From positions 1 to 64,000 of IMG/VR virus record IMGVR_UViG_2934734009_000001: a DNA stretch of 64,000 nucleotides, one strand, 5' to 3'. A program made the position numbers and the translations under genes. Positions 54,867 through 63,584 of this stretch are shown piece by piece. This DNA comes from a virus (Duplodnaviria > Caudoviricetes). Positions within the stretch are counted from its first letter, which is position 1, and every line of letters starts with the position of its first letter. The notes under the pieces were generated by a model that was not told the origin of the DNA, made no database searches, and was given only the letters and a program-made list of their open reading frames with translations.

Positions 54867-56036
54867 ATGGGTGTCCGTCTGATTGTCGAGGTGCTGGATC
54901 ACTGGCAGGGTGCCGGGTTGACCGCGGGCGAACGGAGCGACCTTCTACTGCTCGCGGAGAACGCGAACGACCAGAGCCGACTGACGTGGGGCCCGGTGCA
55001 CGAGGAGTACATGCTGCACCGGGCGAACAAGTCGGCGGCGGGGTGGAAGAACTCGATCGGCAAGCTGCTGAAGAAGGGTGTGCTGGTTCAGCACGCGCAG
55101 GGGCATGTCGGCCAGGTCGCGGTGTACCGGCTTGCACAGTTGTGCTCGGAGGCTCCGCACGACGGTTGGAGAGGGCACTGCACCCGGCCAGAAAGGGTCA
55201 CCCCAGAGGTGACCCTTTCTGGGGGCGGCCCAGGGAAGGGTCACCTCTCAGATGACCCTGAGGGTCACTCCTCAGGTGACCCTCTTGAGCGAAAGGGTCA
55301 CCTGACAGGTGGGGAAAGGGTCATCTCTCAGGTGACCCCTACTCCTCCTGTCTCCTCTTTTAAGACCCCCTCTAACACCTCCTCCTCCCCCGCGGCGGAG
55401 TCGTCGCCTGCGGCCCGTCAGTCGGACACCGAGGGAGGAGGCGGTGGCGATTCCTTCTTCGAAGGGCCAACAGCGGTTGGGGCTTCCGCGGGGCAAGGGG
55501 TAGTGGTGGCTCCCCCTTCGGTCGAGCTTCACCCGCAGGCCGAGCCCCTGGTCGCCGCCCTGGACTTCCGGGGCCGTCCGCCGGGGTCGAAGCAGCACCG
55601 ACAACTGGTCGCCTTTGCTGCCGCCGCCCTTAACGCCGGCTGGGTCGAGCAGGACCTGAAGACGTACCTCGACCTCGGGGGTGCGGCGGTAAACAGCGCT
55701 GCGGCCGTGTACGCGCACCGTCTGGCCGCGGATGAGCTCCCGGACCCGGTGACGTTCCGGGAGGCTGCGAGACGCCCCCTGGAGGGCACGGACGCCATCG
55801 TGGACGGGTGGATGCAGCTCGCCGGGCGTTCGGGCCCGCACAGGCCGTATCAGGACTCGTGGCGGCGCCTGGAGGAGGAGGGCCGGAACGGGGCACGGCC
55901 GCAGGGGTGGGAGAAGGTGCCGCACTGCGGGGACCCGGACTGCGATGAGGTCACCCGCCGACGGGACGAGACCAGTTGGGACGGATTGCCGACAGCCTCA
56001 CCGTGTCAGCGCTGCCACCCGGCCATGAGGTTCTGA
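54867..56036 (+). CDS. Putative phage replication initiator (N-terminal wHTH, iteron-containing linker)
   Basis: LT-GER--LL-LAE-AND wHTH; internal DNA repeats; C-terminal CG..C...C--CHP; AAAGGAGG RBS. Confidence 0.7.
   Translation: MGVRLIVEVLDHWQGAGLTAGERSDLLLLAENANDQSRLTWGPVHEEYMLHRANKSAAGWKNSIGKLLKKGVLVQHAQGHVGQVAVYRLAQLCSEAPHDGWRGHCTRPERVTPEVTLSGGGPGKGHLSDDPEGHSSGDPLERKGHLTGGERVISQVTPTPPVSSFKTPSNTSSSPAAESSPAARQSDTEGGGGGDSFFEGPTAVGASAGQGVVVAPPSVELHPQAEPLVAALDFRGRPPGSKQHRQLVAFAAAALNAGWVEQDLKTYLDLGGAAVNSAAAVYAHRLAADELPDPVTFREAARRPLEGTDAIVDGWMQLAGRSGPHRPYQDSWRRLEEEGRNGARPQGWEKVPHCGDPDCDEVTRRRDETSWDGLPTASPCQRCHPAMRF
55194..55339. repeat. Five 23-bp palindromic iterons (AGGGTCA-N9-TGACCCT), putative origin
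   Basis: Copies at 55194, 55237, 55261, 55294 (right arm degenerate), 55317; followed by a pyrimidine-rich tract. Confidence 0.8.
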
Positions 56037-56118
56037 GGACGAAGGAGCCCGAAGTCGAGACGGGCAAGCCAGCCTCAGGACAACATCGACATCAGAGCTG
56101 CCCTACGGAGAGGACCGC

Positions 56119-56967
56119 ATGACCAGACAACTCACCACCCAGAACGCGACGATCACCACCGCCGCGGTCGAGGTGAAGACCCTCACCATCAGCGGCAAGC
56201 AGGTCACTCTCGCCGTCTTCCGGCAACTTCAAGAGGAACCCTTGATCGCATGGGACGGCACCCTCAAGGGCGAACCGTGGGGCACCGTCAACTACCACCC
56301 TGACAAGTGCTCGGACAGTCCGTTCGCGCACAGCCACGTGGTGTGGCAGCGAGGCGTCGAACTCCATCGCGCTCGCGTCGACAAGATCCCTAGCTTCGAA
56401 ACCGGGGGGCGATATCTGCTCAGAGTAGGGGGATACGAGAGGCGAGACTCAACTGCCTCGTTCAAGGCTGCGGAGACCGATCGCTTTCTGACCGGAAGCG
56501 TCCTGGAATGGCTCGCCGGCCGGGCAGACAAGTGCCCACTCGAAGCTCGTGCCGGATGGACAGCTCAGTACGACGACCGGGCCATCCTTGACTCCGGTCA
56601 CGGGTTCTCCGCATTCGCGAAAGCCTCCAAAGCTGCGGTAGAAGCCGCCAACGCGCGCACCAAGGCGGATGAAGCCCTAGCGGCTGTGGCCAAGAAGGAG
56701 GAAGAGGAGCGAGCCAACCCCCAACAATCCGCCCGGTGGGAGTGGCAGAGCCTTGACCAGCTCCAAGCCGAGGCGGGCGCCGCCAACGCAGAAGCATCGG
56801 CCGCGCTGAACGTTCTCGTCGCCGAAGTAGCCGCATGGGGCCTCGACCTCTCAGATGTTCGGGCAGCGCACGATCAACTCATCGAGGCCGAAGCGGCCCG
56901 CCGAGAGCGACACCGGGCTGCTCGCAGGTCCCTGGCAGAGCTCCCTCAACTGTTCATCGCCGTCTGA
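56119..56967 (+). CDS. Hypothetical protein
   Basis: TLTISGKQVTLAVFRQL..PWG-VNYH...LPQLFIAV; GAGGA RBS. Confidence 0.8.
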   Translation: MTRQLTTQNATITTAAVEVKTLTISGKQVTLAVFRQLQEEPLIAWDGTLKGEPWGTVNYHPDKCSDSPFAHSHVVWQRGVELHRARVDKIPSFETGGRYLLRVGGYERRDSTASFKAAETDRFLTGSVLEWLAGRADKCPLEARAGWTAQYDDRAILDSGHGFSAFAKASKAAVEAANARTKADEALAAVAKKEEEERANPQQSARWEWQSLDQLQAEAGAANAEASAALNVLVAEVAAWGLDLSDVRAAHDQLIEAEAARRERHRAARRSLAELPQLFIAV

Positions 56968-56977
56968 CCCGCGCCAT

Positions 56978-57006
56978 GGCCGCCCCCGCGGGATTCGGGG
57001 GCGGCC
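56978..57006 (+). terminator. Intrinsic terminator
   Basis: GGCCGCCCCCG...CGGGGGCGGCC followed by TTCTT. Confidence 0.7.
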
Positions 57007-57045
57007 TTCTTCAGCTAACCACGGGGTCCAGCACCAGCCAGGTGC

Positions 57046-57933
57046 TCACAGAGTTTGTTGCCCGGGTACGGAGGCGACGACAACAGACTGTGGCGGGGGC
57101 GGTGGTTGGGGTCCGGCGACCATGGCCTGCACAAGGGCGGAGAGGATTTCCCCGCGCTGCTCCTGGGTGAGGTCTCCGTCGGCGACGAGGCGTTCCGCGG
57201 CGAGGTAGCGGGAGAGTTCGAGGGGCTGGTCGAAGTAGGACCGGAGGTGTGTGGCGGCGGCTTCCTGGGAGCGGATGAACGTCTTGGCGACGTATCCGGC
57301 GAGAGCCGCTGACACGGCGCCAAGTCCGCCGGCAACGATCGCGACGGCGGTGGTGCTGGCCCAGAGGGCGATCCCGGCGAAGAGCACCAGGAGGAGGAAT
57401 CCGGTGCCCATGGCCACCTGGGCGTTCCGGAACGAGGTCTTGGCCTGGCCGGTGGCGATCTGGTGATAGAGGTCGAGGCGGGCATGAGTGGCCTCCCAGA
57501 GTTCGGGGAGCCCGAGGGTGCCTCGCCGTCCAGTATCAGCAGCTGGGGGGTGATCTTCGTCCACGGCCAGGTCGGGAAATAGCGTGGCATCACGGCTGTG
57601 CATGAGGCTGCCGCCGATGATGATGTCTGCCGCGGTGTACTCGCGGCGAATCGCATCCGCGAGCGCGCTTTCCGCGCGTGTCAGGCGTTGTCGGCTCTCA
57701 CCGACGGCAGCGGCCTGCCTGGCGGCGAACGACCTGACCTGTGCGAAGACGACTACGGAGGCAGCCACGAAGGGAACTACCAGAAAGGCGGGCTCGATGG
57801 CATCGCGCCAGACGTACAGGGTGAGGAAGTACGTCGCTGCGAGCGCCAAGGCGGACGCGACGTATAGGACTGTGCGCGTGAGGCGGATTCGCGGCGCGCG
57901 CTCGGCGTCGTCGGGGAGATCACTGGGCGGCAT
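57046..57933 (-). CDS. 4-TM membrane protein with TRADD-N-associated membrane-domain-like C-terminus
   Basis: LYH--AT-QA--SFR-AQ-AM--GF...G-V---L-GY--KTF. Confidence 0.7.
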   Translation of the reverse strand: MPPSDLPDDAERAPRIRLTRTVLYVASALALAATYFLTLYVWRDAIEPAFLVVPFVAASVVVFAQVRSFAARQAAAVGESRQRLTRAESALADAIRREYTAADIIIGGSLMHSRDATLFPDLAVDEDHPPAADTGRRGTLGLPELWEATHARLDLYHQIATGQAKTSFRNAQVAMGTGFLLLVLFAGIALWASTTAVAIVAGGLGAVSAALAGYVAKTFIRSQEAAATHLRSYFDQPLELSRYLAAERLVADGDLTQEQRGEILSALVQAMVAGPQPPPPPQSVVVASVPGQQTL

Positions 57934-58137
57934 GGATCAAGAGGATGCCGGGCCCGCGCCGGGGCGTCCACCGGTTCCGGTGAACCCGGCTGGAGGCGAC
58001 GACCTTGTACCAGCGCTGCCATGCGGCGATGCGGTTCTGAGGGCCAAAGGAGCCTAGGACCCGTCCGGTGTCACAAGGTTCCTCAAGCCTGCGGTGGGGC
58101 CGGTGACGTGGCACGCCTGATCCGCCACACTGATGTG

Positions 58138-58422
58138 ATGGGGACACAGGGACAGCGAGTACCGATGACTACTACCGATTCGCCGTTGACGGGGCGTGCG
58201 ATTGCGCAGAGTTGGATGATTTGGGGGGCGGAGGCCCCGAATTTGGGTGAGGCGCACTCCAGTCTGGAGTCGACGGCCGCGAGTCATGGGGCTGACGCGG
58301 TCATTGGGGTGCGTTTCGTCACTGTGTCGGATACGCGCACGAGGGTGGGCTTCGTGTCTGGCGAGAGGATCGAGACCCAGACGGTTTGCCAGGGCTATGG
58401 CACAGCCATCCGCTATTCGTGA
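58138..58422 (+). CDS. YbjQ / heavy-metal-binding-like protein
   Basis: MTTTD...A---GADAVIGVRF...YGTAIR. Confidence 0.7.
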   Translation: MGTQGQRVPMTTTDSPLTGRAIAQSWMIWGAEAPNLGEAHSSLESTAASHGADAVIGVRFVTVSDTRTRVGFVSGERIETQTVCQGYGTAIRYS

Positions 58423-58540
58423 GGTGCGGAGCATGACCCATGCGTCAGCGGTGGCGATGCGGTTCTGAGCCCGAGATGCGGGGACGACGGCCCGGGGTGA
58501 GCCTGGAGGGAGTCCCTCTTCCTTCACTGCTTGGAGCGTC

Positions 58541-58786
58541 ATGATCGTCAAGATGTTGCATGACAAGGGCCTCAAGGCTGAGCACGCCTACACGGCGGCG
58601 TTCGTGTCGATCGGGTTGTCGATTGCATCGTGGTGCGGGTCGATGAAGGTCGAGCCGGCGGGCACTGCGCGGGCTGACCGGTGGGGGATTTTCGTCGGGG
58701 AGTGGGCGCCTACGTTCTTCGGGCTGGGTCTGGCGCTGGCGCATTACGAGCATGACGAGGACACGCTGCACTCGGTGACGCGCTGA
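58541..58786 (+). CDS. Small 2-TM membrane protein
   Basis: AY-AAF-SIGLS..W, ADRWGIFVGEWAPTFFGLG. Confidence 0.8.
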   Translation: MIVKMLHDKGLKAEHAYTAAFVSIGLSIASWCGSMKVEPAGTARADRWGIFVGEWAPTFFGLGLALAHYEHDEDTLHSVTR

Positions 58787-58842
58787 CGGCGCTCCTGGCC
58801 ACGCAACGTGTCCTGACCCCACCTCGCCCCGTTGGGCCGGTC

Positions 58843-59013
58843 ATGGACTCCCCCACCGGCTCGTACCCCACGGCACCCCGTCTCCCGCTGGTCACCCTGG
58901 AGGAGGCGCGGGAGGCGGTCCGGCTGTTGCAGCACTTCGCCGACGACAGCCCGGAGGGCCAGCAGGCTGGTGTCTGGGCTGCTGACGTGGCACTCCGGTT
59001 GCCGTCAGAGTGA
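58843..59013 (+). CDS. 56-aa hypothetical protein (MDSPTGSY...LEEAREAVRLL...RLPSE)
   Basis: Absent from the ORF track; amphipathic helices. Confidence 0.55.
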   Translation: MDSPTGSYPTAPRLPLVTLEEAREAVRLLQHFADDSPEGQQAGVWAADVALRLPSE

Positions 59014-59045
59014 ACGTGAAGCCCTGCCAAGGCATGCCAGCCGTG

Positions 59046-59570
59046 TCACCTGCGGAACGGGGGCGCCCCGGAGTAGCCGCGGACTCTCTTGTGGCCGTCC
59101 TCAAACGGTGCGGCTGCCTTCGGGCCAGCAGCTCGGATCGCTTCCTTCCGGATCGGGTCGATCGGGGTCTCGCTCTTTGCGTACTCGGTGAGGCGTTCGA
59201 TGCGGAGAATTTCCAGGCGTTGCTTCTGCTGCGGTGTCAGTCGCTTGACGCGCTGGACTGGAACAGCTTCACGACGGTCCGCTAGAAGAGCGCTGGAGCT
59301 TAGGTCTTTCCTTGGTCGACCCTTGAGACGCCTGTTGGCGTGGACGGCCCAGGGCCGGTTCTCGCGATACCCGACCGCACGGAGAGGCTTCCACCCTTTG
59401 GAGTTGGACACCCATTGATCGACGACGATCTTCTGGCCCTCGTGGGCCAGTTCGTTGGCGCGCTGGTTCGCACCGGCCAGCGCGGAGAATTGTTCGAACC
59501 TGAGCTTGCCTTTGGGCTGTTTGATGCTGACGGTCCTGTACTGGCGTCGTCCTGATGAGTCCTGAGTCAT
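59046..59570 (-). CDS. Basic hypothetical protein
   Basis: 174-aa ORF, lower GC; ends VRGYSGAPPFRR. Confidence 0.6.
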   Translation of the reverse strand: MTQDSSGRRQYRTVSIKQPKGKLRFEQFSALAGANQRANELAHEGQKIVVDQWVSNSKGWKPLRAVGYRENRPWAVHANRRLKGRPRKDLSSSALLADRREAVPVQRVKRLTPQQKQRLEILRIERLTEYAKSETPIDPIRKEAIRAAGPKAAAPFEDGHKRVRGYSGAPPFRR

Positions 59571-59612
59571 CTGCCCCCCAGCAGCCTTCTGTGTAGCCCT
59601 ACGAACTTGTCT

Positions 59613-59792
59613 TCAGTCGCTGTCTGGCAGGTGTCCGTGTCCGTCGCAGGTGGTGCACTGGATGACGTCGGAGTCCTGGCACAGCGGGCTGTCGCAGTCG
59701 TGGGCGTAGGGGTTTTCGATTCGCCCGGTGCTGTGGCAGTCCCGGCATGCGACGCGCCCGGCGGGGACGGCGATGTCGGCGGTGTGCGGCAT
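59613..59792 (-). CDS. 59-aa DnaJ-type zinc-finger protein
   Basis: CRDCHSTG...CTTCDGHG; absent from the ORF track. Confidence 0.65.
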   Translation of the reverse strand: MPHTADIAVPAGRVACRDCHSTGRIENPYAHDCDSPLCQDSDVIQCTTCDGHGHLPDSD

Positions 59793-59884
59793 GGGCCAAT
59801 CCTGCCCTGCAGCCGCAGCCTGTTGGGCCCGAACACACGGAAGCGGCCCCTACCCGTCTGGGGGGGGCCGCGGCGCGTCCGGGG

Positions 59885-60250
59885 TCAGCTCTGGTGGCAG
59901 TCGCATTCGCAGCCGGCCCCGCACCATTTACACGACGCCGGCTTCTTCGCCCCCACCTTCCCGGTCTTCCCCTGGCAGTACCCGTGCTCACCGTGCAGGC
60001 AGCCCGTCGACAGATACACGTGCACGGTTGCGTCGGGGTGATCGGCCTGCCGGATGAACTCTGTACTGACGTCCGGTTGGGCGCCGTCGAGGAGGTAGTC
60101 GATGCTCTCGACGGTGGCCCAGATGTCGTGATGCTCGGGGTACAGCTGGAACGCGGCGGCGCGTTCGCGGAGGACGGTTTCGGTGAGCCCGGTCGACGCG
60201 ATCAGCCGGGCGCGCTGTTCCTGTAGCTCGGCGGGGGTTTTCTCGGTCAT
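59885..60250 (-). CDS. Hypothetical protein with Cys-rich C-terminus
   Basis: HVYLSTGCLHG-H-YC...CKWC---C-C-CH; AAGGA RBS. Confidence 0.75.
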   Translation of the reverse strand: MTEKTPAELQEQRARLIASTGLTETVLRERAAAFQLYPEHHDIWATVESIDYLLDGAQPDVSTEFIRQADHPDATVHVYLSTGCLHGEHGYCQGKTGKVGAKKPASCKWCGAGCECDCHQS

Positions 60251-60407
60251 CGGTTCTTCCTTCGTGCTGCTCGCCGTGTGGCCCGGTTGGCCCGTGGCTG
60301 TGGTTGGCCGTCGGGAACAACGCGTTCGCCGCCGGGTTGGAGGACGGTTTCCCACCGGGCCCCGGGGCGACCGGCACGCTCGCCCCGGGGGCTGCTGGAC
60401 GGCCGGC

Positions 60408-60572
60408 TCATGGCCGTTGCTGCTTGACGTTGCCCGCCGCGTCGAGGTGCCCGTCGGCGGTCGCGAGGAGCCGCATCGCCCGGCCGAGGACACTGGCTGG
60501 CGACTCGCCGCGGTACAGGCGCAGCAGCCGGGACGTGTCCGGGTCGAGGCGGACGGTGAGTGGGCGGATCAT
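60408..60572 (-). CDS. Small ribbon-helix-helix-like protein
   Basis: LTVRLD..T..LL......S.A.VL.RAM; AAGGAG RBS. Confidence 0.6.
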   Translation of the reverse strand: MIRPLTVRLDPDTSRLLRLYRGESPASVLGRAMRLLATADGHLDAAGNVKQQRP

Positions 60573-60820
60573 GTGGGCTCCTTCGTGGCGGGCCTGCACA
60601 CGCAGGCGCAGTGGAGGCTGGGACTGCCGGTCGGACAGGGCTGGCAGGGCCCGGGGTCGGGCCGCCCGCACCCGCACAGGTCGGCGACCGGGGGCGGGTT
60701 GAGTGCGGCTCGGATGAGGCGGGCGCAGCAAGATCCGACTGGCCCGGCGTCTACCGCCTGGCGGACGCGGGCGACGACGGTCCGGAGGTGCTGGAGCTCG
60801 GTGTCGCGGGTGTCGGTCAT
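60569..60820 (-). CDS. Cys-rich hypothetical protein
   Basis: GAGGAG RBS; ATGA overlap. Confidence 0.6.
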   Translation of the reverse strand: MTDTRDTELQHLRTVVARVRQAVDAGPVGSCCARLIRAALNPPPVADLCGCGRPDPGPCQPCPTGSPSLHCACVCRPATKEPT

Positions 60821-60828
60821 GGGTCTCC

Positions 60829-61059
60829 TCAGGCGGTGGCTGCGCGTTGGTCGCGGTCACGTGCGGCCCGGCATCGGGGGTACGGGCAGCCGGCCACCGG
60901 GGGCAGGTGGTGGGTGTTGCAGACGGCGAGTTGGTCGGTGCACTGGGCAGCGACGAGGTGCCCGACGAGGGTGCGGAGCCGGGCGCTCTCCTCGGGGAGG
61001 AGGACGTTGCGGTCGGCCCGGTCGAGGAGGTGGTCGAGCTCGGTGGGCTGGGTGGTCAC
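60829..61059 (-). CDS. Hypothetical protein
   Basis: L--LLDRA-R-VLL-EE---LR motif. Confidence 0.65.
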   Translation of the reverse strand: MTTQPTELDHLLDRADRNVLLPEESARLRTLVGHLVAAQCTDQLAVCNTHHLPPVAGCPYPRCRAARDRDQRAATA

Positions 61060-61250
61060 CGGGCCCCCTCGGTGGTCTCGGCGTCGAGCAGGGCCAGGGC
61101 GTGGACGAGGAGCGCCCGGCAGATGGCCCGCTCGCGGGCGTCGGAGACGGGCATGTGGTCGACGAGGGTGATGGCGTCTCCGGTGCTGGAGGCGTAGACG
61201 ATGCAGGGGCCTCGGTCAGCGGTAAAGGTGAAGGCGGCGGTGTCGGCCAT
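61056..61250 (-). CDS. Hypothetical protein
   Basis: GAAGGA RBS; RERAICRALL. Confidence 0.65.
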   Translation of the reverse strand: MADTAAFTFTADRGPCIVYASSTGDAITLVDHMPVSDARERAICRALLVHALALLDAETTEGAR

Positions 61251-61315
61251 GGCGGGTGGTCCTTCCGGGTCAGGGTGGCCGCCTGTGGTGGGGCGGCCAC
61301 ACAGCAGACAGGCGG

Positions 61316-61789
61316 TCAGGCGGCGGGCTTCCGCCAGGCGTCGACGTTGTGCTTGTGGTCGGGGTCGGGCATGACGATCGCGTCGCGGCGCAGCCCGTAC
61401 CCGATGACCGTGCCGGAGCGGAGGTGCGGGTTCCCGGCGGACGTTCCGTTGCAGTCGTCGTCAGGCCCGCAGGCGTCGCCCTGGTGGCGGCCGTGCTGGC
61501 ACCGGTCGAGGTCGGCGAGGAGGGTTCGCCAGAGGCAGTGCGCTTCGGAGTGCTGCTGGGACAGCTCGTTGAGGGGTACGGCGGGCTTGGTGCGGTTGAG
61601 GGCGTGGTCGATGCTCTGGAGTGCGGCGGTGACCTTGGCGTGGAGCGGGGAGTACATGACGCGCTCGGCGCAGTGCAGGGCGGCGTTCATCTCGGCGTGG
61701 GCGGTGAGGTGCCGCTGGGTGGCGTCAAGGGCGAGCCAGGCTTTCTCCAGCTCGCGGCGAAGGTCGGCGACGGTGGCGGACTCGGTCAT
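61316..61789 (-). CDS. Hypothetical protein
   Basis: DLDRC-HGRH-GD-C...SAGNP; GAGGAG RBS. Confidence 0.75.
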   Translation of the reverse strand: MTESATVADLRRELEKAWLALDATQRHLTAHAEMNAALHCAERVMYSPLHAKVTAALQSIDHALNRTKPAVPLNELSQQHSEAHCLWRTLLADLDRCQHGRHQGDACGPDDDCNGTSAGNPHLRSGTVIGYGLRRDAIVMPDPDHKHNVDAWRKPAA

Positions 61790-61814
61790 GTGGTGTCTCC
61801 TCGGTGGGCCGGGA

Positions 61815-62081
61815 TCACCCGGCAGCAGGGGCGGGGGTGTTGGCGGTTCGGCTCACGAGAGCGAGCGAAAGGGCGACCAGCTCGTTGTCGGGTCGAGGGT
61901 CGTTTCGCCACCGCAGGACGGAACATCCGGCGATGGATCCCTCGTCGATCTCGTGCAGGGTCGGCTCCTGCCAGGCGTGGTTCTGCCAGTCCTCGGGGGG
62001 AGGTGTGGCCCCGCGCTGGGCGCTGTCCGGCCACCGGACCACGACGGTCCGCTCAACCAGAGCGGCGGTGAACTCGGTCAT
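61815..62081 (-). CDS. Hypothetical protein
   Basis: GAGGAG RBS, ATGA overlap. Confidence 0.6.
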   Translation of the reverse strand: MTEFTAALVERTVVVRWPDSAQRGATPPPEDWQNHAWQEPTLHEIDEGSIAGCSVLRWRNDPRPDNELVALSLALVSRTANTPAPAAG

Positions 62082-62281
62082 CGTGTGGGCTCCTCGGGCG
62101 CTCGGGTGCGGTCCTTGCGGCAGCCGGGGCAAAGGTCGCGGCGGCCGCGCTTGCGGGACCAGCCGTAGCTCTTGGCCTCTCGCAGGGCCTCGCTGATGTT
62201 TCGGGCGGACGGCACGGTGCTGTTGTCCATGGGTTCGTCGCAGCCGTCGCAGTAGACGAAGGCGCGCAGGAAGGCGGTCAT
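62078..62281 (-). CDS. Small zinc-finger protein
   Basis: CDGC...GW....DLCPGC. Confidence 0.75.
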   Translation of the reverse strand: MTAFLRAFVYCDGCDEPMDNSTVPSARNISEALREAKSYGWSRKRGRRDLCPGCRKDRTRAPEEPTR

Positions 62282-62973
62282 CGTGTGGGCTCCTCGGGCG
62301 CGGCAGGGACAGCGGGGGTCGGGGTGTGCGGGTCGTCCGGCTGCCCGGCTTGGTGGTCGGCGTTCTTCTCGCACCGGCCGCCGCCGGGGATCATCACGGG
62401 GCAGCGTCCGGGGCGGTGCGCCTGCTCGGTCTGGTGTGCCCCGGCGGCAGCCTCACCGGCCAGACGGCGCAGCTCCGACGTGGCCCACGTGATTCCGGCG
62501 GCGAGACGGGGCCGGGTGGCTTCGTCCGCAGCGTCGAGGCGGTCGGCCTCGGCCCGGAGCACGGCGGCCCGGTCGGCAGGCGCGGGCGGGACGGCAACGG
62601 GGCGCGCGTCCAGGCAGCGGGTATCCGAGCCGGGGCTGTGGATCCACCCGGGCCCGTCAGGGTGCGTCATCCACTCGACGGGGTCTCCGCAAACGCAGCG
62701 GCGGTCGTCCTCGCTCGTGGTGCCGAGGAGCTGCCGGGCCACCGCCAGGGCAGGGCGCTCGGCCTCGAACGTCATCGCCGCGTCGAGCAGCTCGCGAATG
62801 AACGGCGTCTCCTCGTCAGCCGTCAGCTCAGCAGCGTGAAGACGCAGCGAGTACGCGGCAGGGTCCGGCGCGTAGGCGTCCCAACGAGAGGCGAGGACGT
62901 CGGCGTGATGGGCAAGCAGCGCGGCGAGGCGGTCGCGCAGCTGGTCGGCGGGGCGGTCAGAGGTGGTGGGCAT
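62278..62973 (-). CDS. Mosaic hypothetical protein
   Basis: ALAVARQLLG, ADRAAVLR-AD, ELRRLA-E modules. Confidence 0.7.
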   Translation of the reverse strand: MPTTSDRPADQLRDRLAALLAHHADVLASRWDAYAPDPAAYSLRLHAAELTADEETPFIRELLDAAMTFEAERPALAVARQLLGTTSEDDRRCVCGDPVEWMTHPDGPGWIHSPGSDTRCLDARPVAVPPAPADRAAVLRAEADRLDAADEATRPRLAAGITWATSELRRLAGEAAAGAHQTEQAHRPGRCPVMIPGGGRCEKNADHQAGQPDDPHTPTPAVPAAPEEPTR

Positions 62974-63010
62974 CAAGGGCTCCAAGGTGGTCGGCGGTAC
63001 GGTGGGTGGG

Positions 63011-63043
63011 CCGGCTGCCCCCGGGTCGAACGGGGGCAGCCGG
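63011..63043 (-). other. 13-bp hairpin capped by a TTCGACC T-loop (tRNA minihelix-like)
   Basis: Minus strand CCGGCTGCCCCCG-TTCGACC-CGGGGGCAGCCGG, intergenic. Confidence 0.5.
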
Positions 63044-63063
63044 TACTGCGTTCAGGTCGGCGA

Positions 63064-63315
63064 TCACAGCGACCACAAGGTCGGCTGCATGTGCCTAAGT
63101 TCCAGGGCGGTTTGGCCGCGAATCTGTTCGTCTGGGGGCGGATCGGCCCGCTGTGCGCCTCGCTGACGTTTTTCGCCCCGCTGGGACTCGGGGACACCAG
63201 AAGCCTGTTCGTCGGCGAGAGGGCCCGTTCTGGCCCGCGACGGGGGTGCCACGGCCTCGCGCCCGCGCCCCGCCCGACGACCGGTCCCCCTCACGTCGGG
63301 GTTCAACGTGCACAT
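63064..63315 (-). CDS. Hypothetical protein
   Basis: TGATG coupling; QI-GQTAL tail; composition weak. Confidence 0.4.
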   Translation of the reverse strand: MCTLNPDVRGTGRRAGRGREAVAPPSRARTGPLADEQASGVPESQRGEKRQRGAQRADPPPDEQIRGQTALELRHMQPTLWSL

Positions 63316-63584
63316 CAGGCGGCCTCCGCCAGCGCCGCCAGCAACGCCTTTCGGTTCGCCGCGGCCTGTGCGGGTGAGGTCTGGACCCGGGTCGGCCTGT
63401 CGCCCAACACCCGCCCGGTGGGGAGCGCTTCGGCGTACAGGCGGCCGAGCCGGTCGGCGGGCGGGAGGCGGAGTGCGTGCCTGGCCCGGCCGACGGTGGC
63501 GGGGTCGCAGCCGAGGCGGTGGGCGATGGAGGCGTTGGTGTGGCCTTCGCGGATGAGCTCGGCGATGTCGGCGCGGATCTTCAT
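63315..63584 (-). CDS. HTH-domain protein
   Basis: IAELIREG-TN-SIA-RLG-D-ATV-R-R; AAGGAGG RBS. Confidence 0.8.
   Translation of the reverse strand: MKIRADIAELIREGHTNASIAHRLGCDPATVGRARHALRLPPADRLGRLYAEALPTGRVLGDRPTRVQTSPAQAAANRKALLAALAEAA

Noticed and set aside
55194-55339. CRISPR array
   Set aside because: Spacers are 0-20 bp and irregular, repeats lie inside a CDS, and there are no cas genes
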